Shown: positions 28,630 to 41,345, counted from the whole stretch's first letter. The stretch: 60,611 nucleotides of DNA, filler included, from an uncultured virus (IMG/VR IMGVR_UViG_2061766007_003579) (3 parts of one record of this genome joined end to end with filler, not necessarily neighbours in it); one strand, 5' to 3'. Notes: generated from the letters alone by a model not told the origin. Translations and numbers: made by a program.

Positions 28630-29607
28630 ATGATAGACAGGTTTACGCTTGAATTTGAAAGGGCCATATATAATTTTCGCATGGGTGGTGATGACGCAGC
28701 GCTTGAGCCGGTGTCAAACGCTCTGTCTCTTGGTATTGCCAACGGAATGAAGGTTCTGATTCCGGTCGAGCCATCTGAGCCGGATTTGAATCTCTTCGAC
28801 CCTTCAGCGGAAGAGGAGAATGACATCTTCAAAACGGAGAATGATACCGTTTATCATCTGAAATCTTTCGCAACTGATAACGGAAAATACATGATTCCGG
28901 TGTTCACAAGTGAAGAAGAGCTTAATTACGGTGATTACCCCGATGTTATAGTTGATTCAATGGACAGACTCATTGAAACGGTCAGATTCTGGGATGGCTG
29001 CACTGGTATAGCCGTGAACCCGTATAATCTTGCGTTCAACCTCTATAACGAGCTCATAAAGATAATGCTGGAAAGGAAAGCGCAATCAGTATTTGAGATT
29101 GTGCGCTCAGGCGTGACCACAATGCATGTGGGTGCCATAGTGAATGCAGCGAATAAGACGCTTCTGGGTGGAGGTGGTGTTGACGGTGCCATACATAGGC
29201 TTGCCGGACCGCAGCTGAAGGAGGAGTGCAGATTGTTCGGTGGATGCGAGACGGGTGATGCTGTAATCACAGGATCGTACAACATCGACTATACAGACGC
29301 TATAATTCATACCGTCGGACCGGTGTATAGTGGAAGACCGAAGGATAGGGTGAGTCTGGCAAATTGCTATCTGAGCTCTTTGGAGGCTGCATCTGAAAAC
29401 GGTATCAGCAGCATAGCTTTTCCTTGTATTTCCACAGGGGTGTATGGATATCCGCTTGATGAGGCTGCCAAGGTTTCCCTTATGGCGATTATTGAATGGT
29501 TCCAGCAGCACGAAGACAAGGTCATGAACGTTTACATCTGCTGCTACAGAGATGAAGAGTATAAGGCTTATATGAGGGTTTTGAAAAATGGGGTATCTGA
29601 CAACTGA
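28630..29607 (+). CDS. SseB-like N-terminal domain fused to a MacroD-type macrodomain (ADP-ribose hydrolase-like)
   Basis: IPVFTSEEEL, GIAVNPY (SseB-like); IVNAAN.TLLGGGGVDGAIH, IIHTVGP, AFPCISTGVYGYP. Confidence 0.9.
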   Translation: MIDRFTLEFERAIYNFRMGGDDAALEPVSNALSLGIANGMKVLIPVEPSEPDLNLFDPSAEEENDIFKTENDTVYHLKSFATDNGKYMIPVFTSEEELNYGDYPDVIVDSMDRLIETVRFWDGCTGIAVNPYNLAFNLYNELIKIMLERKAQSVFEIVRSGVTTMHVGAIVNAANKTLLGGGGVDGAIHRLAGPQLKEECRLFGGCETGDAVITGSYNIDYTDAIIHTVGPVYSGRPKDRVSLANCYLSSLEAASENGISSIAFPCISTGVYGYPLDEAAKVSLMAIIEWFQQHEDKVMNVYICCYRDEEYKAYMRVLKNGVSDN

Positions 29608-30418
29608 GTTAGACGAAATCCGGGCTTTTCTCGAAGAAAGCGGACTGCACAACTGGTCTGTAGATTATGAGGGGCCGTGGAGGGATTATGATGCTTATGT
29701 CATTTATCCAAGGACAAACTCAACAGAATTTGATCGGGAGATGTATGTTCTTGAGCATTATCTGTCAATGAAGCCTCGATTCCGCATTTTTGAGGGTCAC
29801 ATTCCGTGCTTTCCGATTTTAAGCGATGACACCTCAATTGAAGAGCTTGTGATAAACCAGATGTTCTGCAATAGTCACTTCGTTGACTATATTGACTCCA
29901 TCGGAAAGAAACAGTTCAAGGACTGGTCAATTCACGCATACATGTGCGGAAAGATGGGACCTGGAGACTATCATCCAGAACTTGATCTCACAGCGATAAA
30001 GTATTCCGAAATCAATGGGCTGATAATGAATGGTACTGACGGGGTTCATTACGGATATGAGCTGTTCCTGAAACCACAAAGGACTTGGCCCCTGAGAGGC
30101 GCTCCGTATTTCTGGTGCGAGATGGCACGAGAGCTTACAGACCATGTTCTTCCTCTATCTGATGACATAATCGATGCCACAGTGAGACGAATTAGGAAAA
30201 AGCATGGAATACCGGACTCGGGAGAAGAATGGGTCCTTGTTCCCGAATACTGTGCTGATGTTCACTCCGGCATGAGTTCTGGAGCTGTATTTCCTGACGG
30301 GATCAACGAGATGGTGAATGAGATCAAGCAACGGAATGCCATTTATGCAGAATCCCCGAGGTCCTTTGTTGAAAGATATGTCATGAGATTTGAGATGTTT
30401 CCATATCTCAAGGGCTGA
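29588..30418 (+). CDS. hypothetical protein (276 aa) coupled to the macrodomain gene
   Basis: Long ORF overlapping the upstream stop by 20 nt; no family recognised. Confidence 0.8.
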   Translation: MGYLTTELDEIRAFLEESGLHNWSVDYEGPWRDYDAYVIYPRTNSTEFDREMYVLEHYLSMKPRFRIFEGHIPCFPILSDDTSIEELVINQMFCNSHFVDYIDSIGKKQFKDWSIHAYMCGKMGPGDYHPELDLTAIKYSEINGLIMNGTDGVHYGYELFLKPQRTWPLRGAPYFWCEMARELTDHVLPLSDDIIDATVRRIRKKHGIPDSGEEWVLVPEYCADVHSGMSSGAVFPDGINEMVNEIKQRNAIYAESPRSFVERYVMRFEMFPYLKG

Positions 30419-30527
30419 CAGATGCGGCTGATGTCATTGCCACGTTGAAATTGAACCAATATGGCCGGTGTTTCTGCAGCCTAAGCTTGCAGGTTTTGAA
30501 CTGAGAGGCGAGACCATTGATGATCTT

Positions 30528-30887
30528 TCATTCGAACACATCCTCGAATGGGAGTTTTGTATAGTCTTTGATCCACTTGTAGATTGCCGTGTATTGGGCA
30601 GCCTTTCCTGCAGGGATTGATCCATCAGGGAATATGTTAGTGAGTTCCATGAACACATGCCACTCATAGATGATGGAGTTCACATTCTCCTGGGCCGAAC
30701 CATAACCTATCGACGGATCAGGCAGAATCTCGTTGTTCATCTGCTTTGCTTCCCTTGAGGGAAAAGCCCTAAGGCTAAAGTCAATCATGCCGAGCGAGTA
30801 TATGACGTTCTCGATTGCCCAGTAGGCGTCGATGAAGTCATAATACATGTGGTTCTTGTCTTTCGGGAGTGTCATTCTTAATCCCAT
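30528..30887 (-). CDS. last tail-module protein (119 aa), allele
   Basis: MGLRMTLPKDKNH...; near-identical to 32809-33168; GGAGG SD. Confidence 0.8.
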   Translation of the reverse strand: MGLRMTLPKDKNHMYYDFIDAYWAIENVIYSLGMIDFSLRAFPSREAKQMNNEILPDPSIGYGSAQENVNSIIYEWHVFMELTNIFPDGSIPAGKAAQYTAIYKWIKDYTKLPFEDVFE

Positions 30888-31182
30888 ATCATCCCTCCGT
30901 GAAGCACATATAGCCGTTTGAGGCGGAAATAGGAGTACCTCTCCAGGCCTCCCGCCTCTGCCCGTTGACGAATGCGGAGTCACTGCTGTAGGTTCCTCCG
31001 CTTGCCCAGTAGTCGGGCTTGATTCCATAGATCAGTTTTCCTTTCTTGTATNNNNNNNNNNGTGGCCAAATGGACCGAAAGGATCATCGAAGAGTTTTTC
31101 ATAGTCATAGCGCTCAGGCAGCTGACCGTCATAATCAAAGGCAGAAGGAACCCCCACCACCCTCTCAAGACCNNNNNNNNNN

Positions 31183-32106
31183 TACCTCGACCCCTGTTCC
31201 GAAGCCAAGGACATACTTCCTGATGCCTGAGTAGGAACGGGTCCTTGCTCTCATAATCACAGACTCATCTGGCAGGACCTCAATCTTGACCGCATCAGGC
31301 CAGTTTTTCTCAAGATTGTAGAAACCGTGGAATGAGTCGAACTTAAGCACAGCATTGATCTCCTTGTCATGTCCGAAAGGACCGAACGGGTCATCAAAGA
31401 GTTTTTCATAGTCATATCGCTCAGGCAGCTGACCGTCATAGTCAAAGGCAGAAGGAATCCCCACCACCCTTTCAAGTCCGAATGAGCGATACTCTCCGCC
31501 AGGGAGTTTCTGGGCGGCAAGATAAAAACCGTTGTCATATCTGAAAACCCCAAGCGGCATCAGCTGGTATTCTGCAACCTCCCTCCTGACAGGCTTGTAC
31601 GAGAAGTTTATGCACTTCCCGTCCTTCAACGCATTCAAGATTGAAACGATGGCCTTTTGTGTGTCTTTTGATGTGATTTTCCGGGCTGAGCTCAGATTCA
31701 GAACCTCATATTCCTTGTAGTTTCGGAACATGTTCAGCTTCTTCCGGAGATTCAGGGCAGAATCCTGGAGATCAGGACTTGATAAACCCTGGTTGAACAT
31801 AAGGGCAAGGAGCAGAGCCTCATCATCGTTGAGATTCATGCCCGGTAACGTCAGCGTCCACAGATGCTCCTTCGGCACCTTGTAACGGGTCTGACGCCGA
31901 TCTCTCTCGTCCTCAAATTCCTCAATGTAAAGACCTTTACCGTCGGGATTGAAGCTCTCCATGCGGTCTATCATGTCACGCACCGTCCACCGGTCTATTC
32001 CCGTTTCCTTGGAAATCTCAGTGACCGTGGCCCCTTCTTCACGTGCCATGAGCCTGATTATTTGAAGTGTCCTTGAAAGAATGTCTATCTGACTTATCTG
32101 TGCCAT
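31183..32106 (-). CDS. WYL-domain transcriptional regulator (wHTH-WYL-WCX), 3' end in a gap
   Basis: ATVTEISKETGIDRWTVRDMI HTH; FSY, PLGV..YDNGFYLAA, RSFGLERV; YVLGFGTGVEV. Confidence 0.9.
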
Positions 32107-32112
32107 GATCAA

Positions 32113-32140
32113 ATCGTACCATGACATTGAAAAAAGTCAA
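32113..32140 (-). promoter_or_regulatory. WYL promoter, extended -10, leaderless architecture
   Basis: TTGACT-16-TACGAT with TGn, 6 nt, then ATG at 32106. Confidence 0.55.
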
Positions 32141-32324
32141 ATGTGTTGTCCAATGGCCACATATCTCAGTCAACAATGAAGTNNNNNNNNNNGACAATCA
32201 TCAGTGCAGCAGTCAGGATGGGTGCGACCGTCTTCAAGATCGACGGCAGCAACGTCTACTTCAAGTTCAACGGCCAGTACAGGTTGATCAGCCTGAATAC
32301 GATATTGGAATACGGGAAATGAGA

Positions 32325-32411
32325 ATGGGCAAACATAACGGCACATTAATTGCGGTCATCATCGTATGTCTGGTGATCAGGGCATTATGTTTTCTGTTCT
32401 GTGGGATTTGA
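32325..32411 (+). CDS. small hydrophobic peptide
   Basis: MGKHNGTLIAVIIVCLVIRALCFLFCGI; lies between a gap-truncated ORF ending 32322 and the 32435 gene. Confidence 0.45.
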   Translation: MGKHNGTLIAVIIVCLVIRALCFLFCGI

Positions 32412-32434
32412 TAACAGATATAGGAGCGAGAAAC

Positions 32435-32758
32435 ATGTCATACACGACAAAAACAGACTTTTGGGGAAACACAAGCTATTATGATGAGAAAGGCAAGCTG
32501 ATCGGCAAAGAAGACAGCACCTGGCTCGGAGACAAGGTGATAAAGGATGAATACGGCAATGTCGTAGGCAAGCCCGTGAAAGACATCTGGGGCCGTGAGA
32601 CAATAGAGCTTGAGAACAGCTCGCTTTTCTTCGGAACTTCAAAGAAAACCGTTCTCAAGGAAGGAGAGCTCGAAGATTGGGAGATGTGCGAGAACTGCGG
32701 CGACTACATTGACGGAGAGGACGACACGTACTGCGACGAATGCCTGCATGATCATTGA
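32435..32758 (+). CDS. hypothetical protein: beta-hairpin repeats plus C-terminal CxxC...CxxC
   Basis: AGGAG SD; DFWG/TWLG/DIWG repeats; CENC...CDEC. Confidence 0.8.
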   Translation: MSYTTKTDFWGNTSYYDEKGKLIGKEDSTWLGDKVIKDEYGNVVGKPVKDIWGRETIELENSSLFFGTSKKTVLKEGELEDWEMCENCGDYIDGEDDTYCDECLHDH

Positions 32759-32808
32759 TGATATCATATGAGCCATAAATGGTTTTTAAGTTGGCACCTA
32801 TATAGAAG

Positions 32809-33168
32809 TCATTCGAGTACATCCTCAAATGGAAGACCAGTATATTCCTTTATCCAATTGTAGATTGCAGTGTACTGAGCAGACTTTCCTGCGGGTATGG
32901 AGCCATCTGGGAATATGTTAGTGAGCTCCATGAACACATGCCATTCGTAGAGGATGGAGTTCACGTTCTCCTGGGCCGACCCATAACCTATCGACGGATC
33001 AGGCAGGATCTCGTTGTTCATCTGCTTGGCTTCCCTTGAGGGGAAGGCCCTGAGGCTGAAGTCAATCATGCCGAGAGAGTATATGACGTTCTCGATTGCC
33101 CAGTAGGCATCGATGAAGTCAAAATACATGTGGTTCTTGTCTTTTGGGAGTGTCATCCTTAGTCCCAT
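32809..33168 (-). CDS. last tail-module protein (119 aa), possibly a fibre chaperone
   Basis: Follows the 192-aa tail gene; two alleles with mostly synonymous changes. Confidence 0.8.
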   Translation of the reverse strand: MGLRMTLPKDKNHMYFDFIDAYWAIENVIYSLGMIDFSLRAFPSREAKQMNNEILPDPSIGYGSAQENVNSILYEWHVFMELTNIFPDGSIPAGKSAQYTAIYNWIKEYTGLPFEDVLE

Positions 33169-33169
33169 A

Positions 33170-33748
33170 TCATCCCTCCGTGAAGCACATATAGCCGTTT
33201 GAGGCAGAAATCGGAGTACCTCTCCAGACCTCACGCCTCTGCCCGTTGACGAATGCGGAGTCACTGCTGTAGGTTCCTCCGTTTGCCCAGTAGTCGGGCT
33301 TGATTCCATAGATCAGTTTTCCTTTCTTGTATGTGTTTGCATTGTTGTTCGACGAGCAATGCACACCACCGCACCAAAAGCTCATGGTCTTCGTGCCTCC
33401 CCCGCTTGAGGAGACGACAAACTTGAACAGGTGGATATTCGAGTCGTCGTGTGCGTTGTACGATTCATTGCAGTTATGCACGAACCTCCATTGGTTGTTG
33501 GATGCCCCGAAACCGCCTTTGGTGGAACCGGAGGCCACCTGCACGAACGATGAACCGTTCCATTTGTAAACGGTGCAGCTTCCCTTGTTTGAAGAGAATC
33601 CGCTTGCATTGGTGTAAAGTCTCGCCACGAACACAGGAGCCGCGACCCAGTATGTCGTGTTCGGACTCCCGTATTCGTGTGATGTAGTCCACCCGGTTCC
33701 GTAGGCGGACTGCATGTTCGCCCTCGTTATCAGATCTCCTGATGCCAT
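33170..33748 (-). CDS. putative minor tail/receptor-binding accessory protein (192 aa)
   Basis: G/S/N/T-rich, beta-rich; follows the fibre stop with AGGAG SD; partial copies at 30890-31050 and 33781-33975. Confidence 0.75.
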   Translation of the reverse strand: MASGDLITRANMQSAYGTGWTTSHEYGSPNTTYWVAAPVFVARLYTNASGFSSNKGSCTVYKWNGSSFVQVASGSTKGGFGASNNQWRFVHNCNESYNAHDDSNIHLFKFVVSSSGGGTKTMSFWCGGVHCSSNNNANTYKKGKLIYGIKPDYWANGGTYSSDSAFVNGQRREVWRGTPISASNGYMCFTEG

Positions 33749-33984
33749 ATGTTGCTCCTAGTTGAAGACANNNNNNNNNNTCCGTTCCATTTGTAAACGG
33801 TGCAGCTTCCTTTGTTTGATGAGAATCCGCTTGCATTGGTGTACAGCCTTGCCACGAACACAGGAGCCGCGACCCAGTATGTCGTGTTCGGACTCCCATA
33901 TTCATGTGATGTCGTCCATCCGGTCCCGTAGGCGGACTGCATGTTCCCCCTCGTTATCAGATCTCCTGATGCCATATGTTGCTC

Positions 33985-36005
33985 CTAGTTGAAGACAGCC
34001 CCATAGACTGCTCCTGCCTTGATTGTCGCATTGTCACTTGGTCCGAAATGATATGTTGTCGGCACACCCCTGCTGTCTGTCGCCCGGTATCCGAAATAGA
34101 TGTCTGTTGAGGTGTTTGTCCCACCGAAATTGATTTCATTGGACGCNNNNNNNNNNTCCATAGACTGCTCCTGCCTTGATTGTCGCGTTGTCACTTGTCC
34201 CGAAATGATATGTTGTCGGCACACCCCTGCTGTCAGTCGCCCTATATCCGAAGTAGATGTCTGTTGAGGTGTTTGTCCCACCGAAATTGATTTCATTGGA
34301 CGCATGGGCTTTTATTGTGATTGACCCGTCGCCTGCAACTTCAGCCCGGGTTGCAGTGGCAGCGTTGCCGGTACATGAACCTGCAGTCGAGGCAGAACCG
34401 GCAGACCCTGCGGATGTGGCATATGTGGCCGTCGCTGCATTGCCCGAACAAGCTGCGGCGGTTGTCGCAGTAGCCGCATTGCCGGAACAGGAAGAGGCAG
34501 TGGTGGCTGTCGTGGCATTCCCGTTCAGATTCCCGTTTATGCTGACAGCATGAATAGACTTGACGGGATTCCCCTGTGATCCTATCGTCACATCGTTGTT
34601 CATCGGATACATGTCATCGAACCTGACTCCTTTCGCAAGATTGGCTGAAGGAGTGAACGAGATGACCAATGCAGTGAAAAGATCATCTGATCCCACAGTG
34701 TATGCCGTTGTACCAACGTATAGACTCAGAGGCTGCCCAGTGCCGCCATATATGATCTTTGTGATTCCAGAGGATACCGAACTGGAACCTGCATTACTTC
34801 CGACCCTAGTCCAAGACAGAGATGCGGATGAGATGTCACCGCCCTCGAAGCTCACAGCCTGTCCGCTTCTCGTGTTGCCGATGTATATGTCATCGAACTT
34901 GTATACGGGAGTGAGGCTTCCGATATTTGAGGAACTGAAATTGATCAGGGACCCGAGAGACAAAGTCCCTGTATAGTAAGTGACATCCGAATAGGACAGC
35001 AGGCCGATCAGGACATTTGCGGACGAGAACAGGTTGAGTCCTATCGACGACCTGGACATCAGAAGCGTGTTCTCCATCGATGACGGGATGTCTGCGGGCA
35101 GGTTCAGGAACTGTGTNNNNNNNNNNGGAACCTGCGGTCGAGGCAGAACTGGCAGACCCTGCGGATGTGGCATATGTGGCCGTAGCCGCATTGCCCGAAC
35201 AAGCTGCGGCGGTTGTTGCAGTTGCCGCATTGCCGGAACAGGACGAGGCGGTGGTGGCTGTCGTGGCATTCCCGTTCAGATTTCCGTTTATGCTGACAGC
35301 ATGAATAGACTTGACGGGATTTCCCTGTGATCCTATCGTCACATCGTTGTTCATCGGATACATGTCGTCGAACCTGACTCCTTTCGCAAGATTAGCTGAG
35401 GGAGTGAACGAGATGACCAATGCAGTGAAAAGATCATCTGATCCAACAGTGTATGCCGTTGTACCGACGTAGAGACTCAGAGGCTGCCCGGTGCCTCCGT
35501 ATATGATCTTTGTGATTCCAGAAGATACCGAACTGGATCCGGCATTACCCCCTACCCTTGTCCACGACAATGATGCGGATGCGATGTCGCTGCCCTCGAA
35601 GCTCACAGCCTGTCCGCTTCTCGTGTTGCCGATGTATATGTCATCGAACTTGTATGCAGGAGTGAGGCTTCCGATATTCGAGGGACTGAAATTGATCAGG
35701 GACCCGAGAGACAATGTTCCCGTATAGTAAGTGACATCCGAATAGGACAGCAGGCCGATCAGGACGTTTGCGGACGAGAACAGGTTGAGTCCTGTCGACG
35801 ACCTGGACATCAGAAGAGTGTTCTCCATCGATGACGGGATGTCTGCGGGCAGGTTCAGGAACTGTGTGCCGTTCAATGTGGCGGTAAAGATGGACGATAC
35901 CCAGGATGCCTCATTGGAGATGACTGCAAGGCTCCTGTAGTTGCTGTCCAGGATATTGATTCCGTTCTGGAACTTCGAGTAGTCATATGAGAAGACTGCA
36001 TTCGG
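33985..36005 (-). CDS. tail fibre C-terminal region (overlapping allele fragments)
   Basis: GNLNGNATTAT and CSGNAATAT repeats; ends IKAGAVYGAVFN-stop. Confidence 0.8.
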
Positions 36006-36369
36006 NNNNNNNNNNAGATGACTGTTCTGTCATCTCATACTCTGCATTTGGGATTACCGCATTTCATCTGGACAGGGATACGTACCACAGGACAACTGAC
36101 AGACAGAGAATCCCGACCAAAGGCAAGGATGGNNNNNNNNNNGGATGACTGTTCCGTTATCTCATACTCTGCATTTGGTATTACAGAATTTCATCTGGAC
36201 AGGGATACATACCACAGGACAACTGACAGACAGAGAATCCCGACCAAAGGCAAGGATGGNNNNNNNNNNGGGATCGAATCCGGGGTTAGTTTGTTTTGTC
36301 CATGTCTGGCCGCTGTCGTTTGACAGGTATGTTCCCAACTCTTTACCTGTTGCGATCCANNNNNNNNNN

Positions 36370-36888
<519 letters not shown>

Positions 36889-37144
36889 NNNNNNNNNNTC
36901 CGAAGTCCGCACAGGCGATGATGGAAATTGCATCGAAGAGACTCTGGATTACGTCCATGACAGGCAATCTGCCTCAAGGCTTGCGAACCTCCTGTGCCAG
37001 TATCACAGGCAGTGCGGTTCTAAGTACACCTTCCAATCATCAGTTGATATTTCATGCGGAAGCATAGTCAGACTCCACGACAATGTTTTCTCTGGTCTTG
37101 ATGTGAACGTGATGATCTACGCCAGGACCATAAGNNNNNNNNNN

Positions 37145-40100
37145 TGATGCCTCATTGGAGATTACTGCAAGGCTCCTGTAGTTGCTGTCCAGAATGTTGA
37201 TTCCGTTCTGGAACTTCGAGTAGTCATATGAGAAGACTGCATTCGGGAAGGATATCCTGTAACAGGAAAGCCCCACGACAGCGATGACCTCATTGCCGTT
37301 GACTGTCAGTCCATAGCAGGATGATGATAGGACCGTGTCTGCAGAATCCGTTATGGATGTTCTCGCGACAATCGAATTTCCATAAGTTGCTGACACACAG
37401 ATTCCATTTACGACAACACTGTAACCATACTCACCGCAGCTTGTCCAAGAACTCCCATCAACTGATTTTTGACTGTTATAACCAGCTGTGNNNNNNNNNN
37501 CTTCCATAAGTCGCTGACACACAGATGCCATTTACGACAACACTGTAACCATACTCACCGCAGTTTGTCCAAGAACTCCCATCAACTGATTTTTGACTGT
37601 TATAACCAGCTGTGACAACAAAATACCCATCATAAAATGAGAGTGTTGTTAGATAATATGGAGAAGAATACGCTGCGCCAGCACTCCAGGAAGTTCCGTT
37701 AGTTGACACCGCTATTCCACCGCCGGTCTGGGCGATCATCCACTTACCGTTTCCATATGCTACACCTCTTGCCTCTTGACCAGTGTCTGTTGACCCAAAC
37801 GGATAAATCCTTGTCCATGACACTGCATCAGAGGATATGTAGATATGGCTTGGATCACCGCCAGTTCCAGACTCGCCGATCACAAACCACTTTCCGTTGA
37901 GATACCAGACCTTAGGGCTCTGACTGCCGAATACCGATAGAGCCGCGATGCGTGTCCAGTTGACTCCGTCCGTGGAATATGCGCCATATCCCCAACCGAC
38001 AATGACCCATTTGCCATTTGCATAAAGAACGTCTGAACCTCCTACGCTTGAGAATCCAGGGTTGGTTTGCCTGCTCCATGTCTGTCCACTGTTGGTTGAC
38101 AGGAACACTCCCACATCTTTTCCTGTTGCGATCCACCTGCTGCCATTGCATGCAATGCCTTCAAAACAGCTTGAATATCCTGTGGTTATCTGTGTAGAGC
38201 TGGTTACAGCTTTGGCTATGACTGTCGAGCCCTTGGACGGATTACTGTTTGAGACACGCCCGCCAGTGACGGAAAGATGTGTGGGAAACGGTGCGATCCA
38301 TTGCTGTTTGTATGTGAGCGTGACGGACCCTGCAGATGCAGCGTTGTTCGGAACTTTGATGACAGCGGAATACGCTGTATTCTTATAGTTGCCGGAGACT
38401 GCAGTGATCGTGTTGTTGGATGAGACCTTTGAATTCATGACAGAATATGCCTCATCCTGTCTCCACAGCCCCGATTCCGTCATCGTTCTCCTGAAGACCT
38501 TTGAGATACCTGTGTACACAGTGCTCACACGGTTCTGAGACTGAAGGTTTACGGATCCTGTCGAGGATAGAGCCGCCTTTGTGTCCGGACTGACTGAAAT
38601 CGATGATAGAGCATCCACCATCCTGAAATACTTTGAGGTTCCCAGCCTTGCTGTTCTGGTGCTTGCGTCAATTCCCTGATTGCGTGTCTTCAGGACATCC
38701 GCATTCAGGCTCTGGGTCTCAGTGTTGGTGAACTGGGCGTTGTTCGCCCTGATGTTGTCAAAGATTCCTGATACGGCCTTCAGGGTCTCGAAGAACGCGC
38801 TGTAGGCGTAGAGGTTTCCTGTGGCACCAGCCAATGAAAGTCCGATGCGCATGGTCTTGAGTATGTACTCGTCCTCGTTGGCCTCAACCCATGATCCGTT
38901 TTGATACTTGTACGGTATGGGTGCCACCACAGATGAAGATCCGGTATCCCCGAACTTCACGACGGCATAATCACCGTCTATGAGCCTTATTCCGTTGTAT
39001 GGCGATGAGGGAAGATCTGCCGGAAGGTTAAAGAACTCCTGTCCTGAGGGATGGATGTTCTGTGGTGTCACCGCCAGATCGACAGCCTTGAGGACGAATG
39101 TCTTGACGTCATGGTATTCAGTTCGTCCTGTACCACCGTTAATGTAGCTCAGCTTGCATGTATAAGTAATGGAAAACTGATCCGTATTCGCCGGAATGGA
39201 ATCAGTGGTCGCTCCTGAAGACAATGCAACACCATCTCTNNNNNNNNNNGGTTGAGCCTTTGGACGGATTAGCGTTTGAGACACGTCCGCTGGCAACCGT
39301 AAGATGTGTGGGAAACGGGGCCGTCCACTGCTGTTTGTATGCAAGTGTAATGGTTCCTGCGGAGGCGTTGTTATTCGGAACTTTGATGACAGCAGAATAC
39401 GCTGTGTTCTTATAGTTGCCGGAGACTGCAGTTATCGTGTTGTTGGATGAGACTCTTGAATTCATTACAGAATAAGCCTCATCCTGTCTCCACAATCCCG
39501 ATTCAGTCATCGTTCTCCTGAATACCTTGGATATGCCAGTGTAAACGGTGCTAACGCGGTTCTGAGTTTGAAGGTTTACGGATCCTGTCGAGGATAGAGT
39601 TACCTTTGTATCAGAGCTTACTGAAATAGATGTGAGAGCATCCACCATCCTGAAATACTTTGAGGTTCCCAGCCTTGCTGTCCTTGTGCTCGCGTCAATT
39701 CCCTGATTGCGTGTCTTCAGGACATCTGCATTCAGGCTCTGGGTCTCAGTGTTAGTGAACTGGGCGTTGTTCGCCCTGATGTTGTCGAAGATTCCTGACA
39801 CGGCCTTCAGTGTCTCGAAGAACGCACTGTAGGCATATAGGTTTCCTGTGGCACCTGCCAGTGAAAGGCCGACGCGCATGGTCTTGAGTATGTACTCGTC
39901 CTCATTCGCTTCAACCCATGATCCATTCTGATACTTGTACGGAATGGGTGCCACCACAGATGAAGAACCGGTATCCCCGAACTTCACTACAGCATAATCA
40001 CCGTCTATGAGCCTTATCCCGTTGTACGGAGATGAAGGAAGATCTGATGGAAGATCAAAGAACTCCTGACCAGAGGGATGGATGTTCTGGGGTGTCACCG

Positions 40101-41091
40101 CCAGATCCACAGCCTTGAGGACGAATGTCTTGACGTCATGGTATTCGGTTCGTCCTGCACCTCCGTTAATGTAGCTCAGCTTGCAGGTGTAAGTTATGGA
40201 AAACTGATCCGTATTTGCCGGAATGGAATCGGTGGTCGCTCCTGAAGACAATGCAACACCATCTCTGTACCAGGTGAACAGAGGACCCTCGAATCCGCTT
40301 GCCTCGGCTGCCAGGTTCACGATGCTGGGAGTCGGATTGACTGTCCTGAGATCCCTGTCATAGGTGAACGGACTGACCGAGGCCTCAAAACGTACAGAGG
40401 ATTCCAATGCTGTGTTTGTATCCGCAGCCGGTGCCACGGAGCCATATCGGATTTCAGTTGAGCCATCCTCGTATGAGAGAATCAGCTTCTCCCTCGACCA
40501 GTATTTCTTTCCCAGATACCAGCCGTCAGGAAGAGATGACGACCATTCAGTGTTCTGTGACGGAGTTGAGCCGTCGTTGAGGAGACAGAAATCCAACGAT
40601 GAGGATGATGTGACCGTTTCACCTCTTTGGCCGAGAATCCTTGACCATGTATATGATGTCTTGGCTGTAGGAGCCGTGCTGGAGGTTCCCGTGTAGACTC
40701 CCATGTAATTGTTCGGAACTGTCGAGAAATCCGTCCCGTCGGCATATGCACTGTACCTGATATGGGTATAATACGAGGTTCCGTTGGTTCCGTTTGTCCC
40801 GTTGGTGCCGTCTTTTCCCGCATACGAGACGGCATATGAGGTTGTTGAACCGGAAGGAGCATAATTCACAATCGTGCGGGTCCACAGATACTGTCCTTTT
40901 GATACGGAAGGAACACTTGTCTGCCAGGTACCTGTAGGCACAGAGGTTCCTGATGATGAGACCTGATATGTGACTGATGTCGAGGAGATTGACACCGATG
41001 TTCCATTGGATCCCGGATTGCCCTGTGGACCTTGGGGCCCTGTAGCTCCCGTATCACCTTTGTCTCCTTTGGGTCCTTGGGGACCTGTATC
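37145..41091 (-). CDS. tail fibre central region and beta-propeller (two or more allele fragments)
   Basis: Collagen end, GQYLWTRT, YTHIRYS, then WD/BNR-like repeats YSTDG..WT, YGNGKW. Confidence 0.85.
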
Positions 41092-41345
41092 NNNNNNNNN
41101 NATTTGGGACAGCATACACTGGTCAAGAGGCAAGAGGCGTAGCATATGGAAACGGCAAGTGGATGATCGCCCAGACTGGCGGTGGAATAGCGGTGTCAAC
41201 TAATGGAACTTCTTGGAGTGCTGGCGCAGCGTATTCTTCTCCATACTATCTCACAACACTCTCATTTTATGATGGGTACTTTGTAGTCACAGCTGGTTAT
41301 AACAGTCAAAAATCAGTTGATGGGAGTTCTTGGACNNNNNNNNNN

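Noticed and set aside
30888..31028. N-terminal extension MESSPTTG... of the 119-aa tail gene (also 33169-33309)
   Set aside because: Alternate frame of the 192-aa gene; the SD supports the start at MGLRMT.
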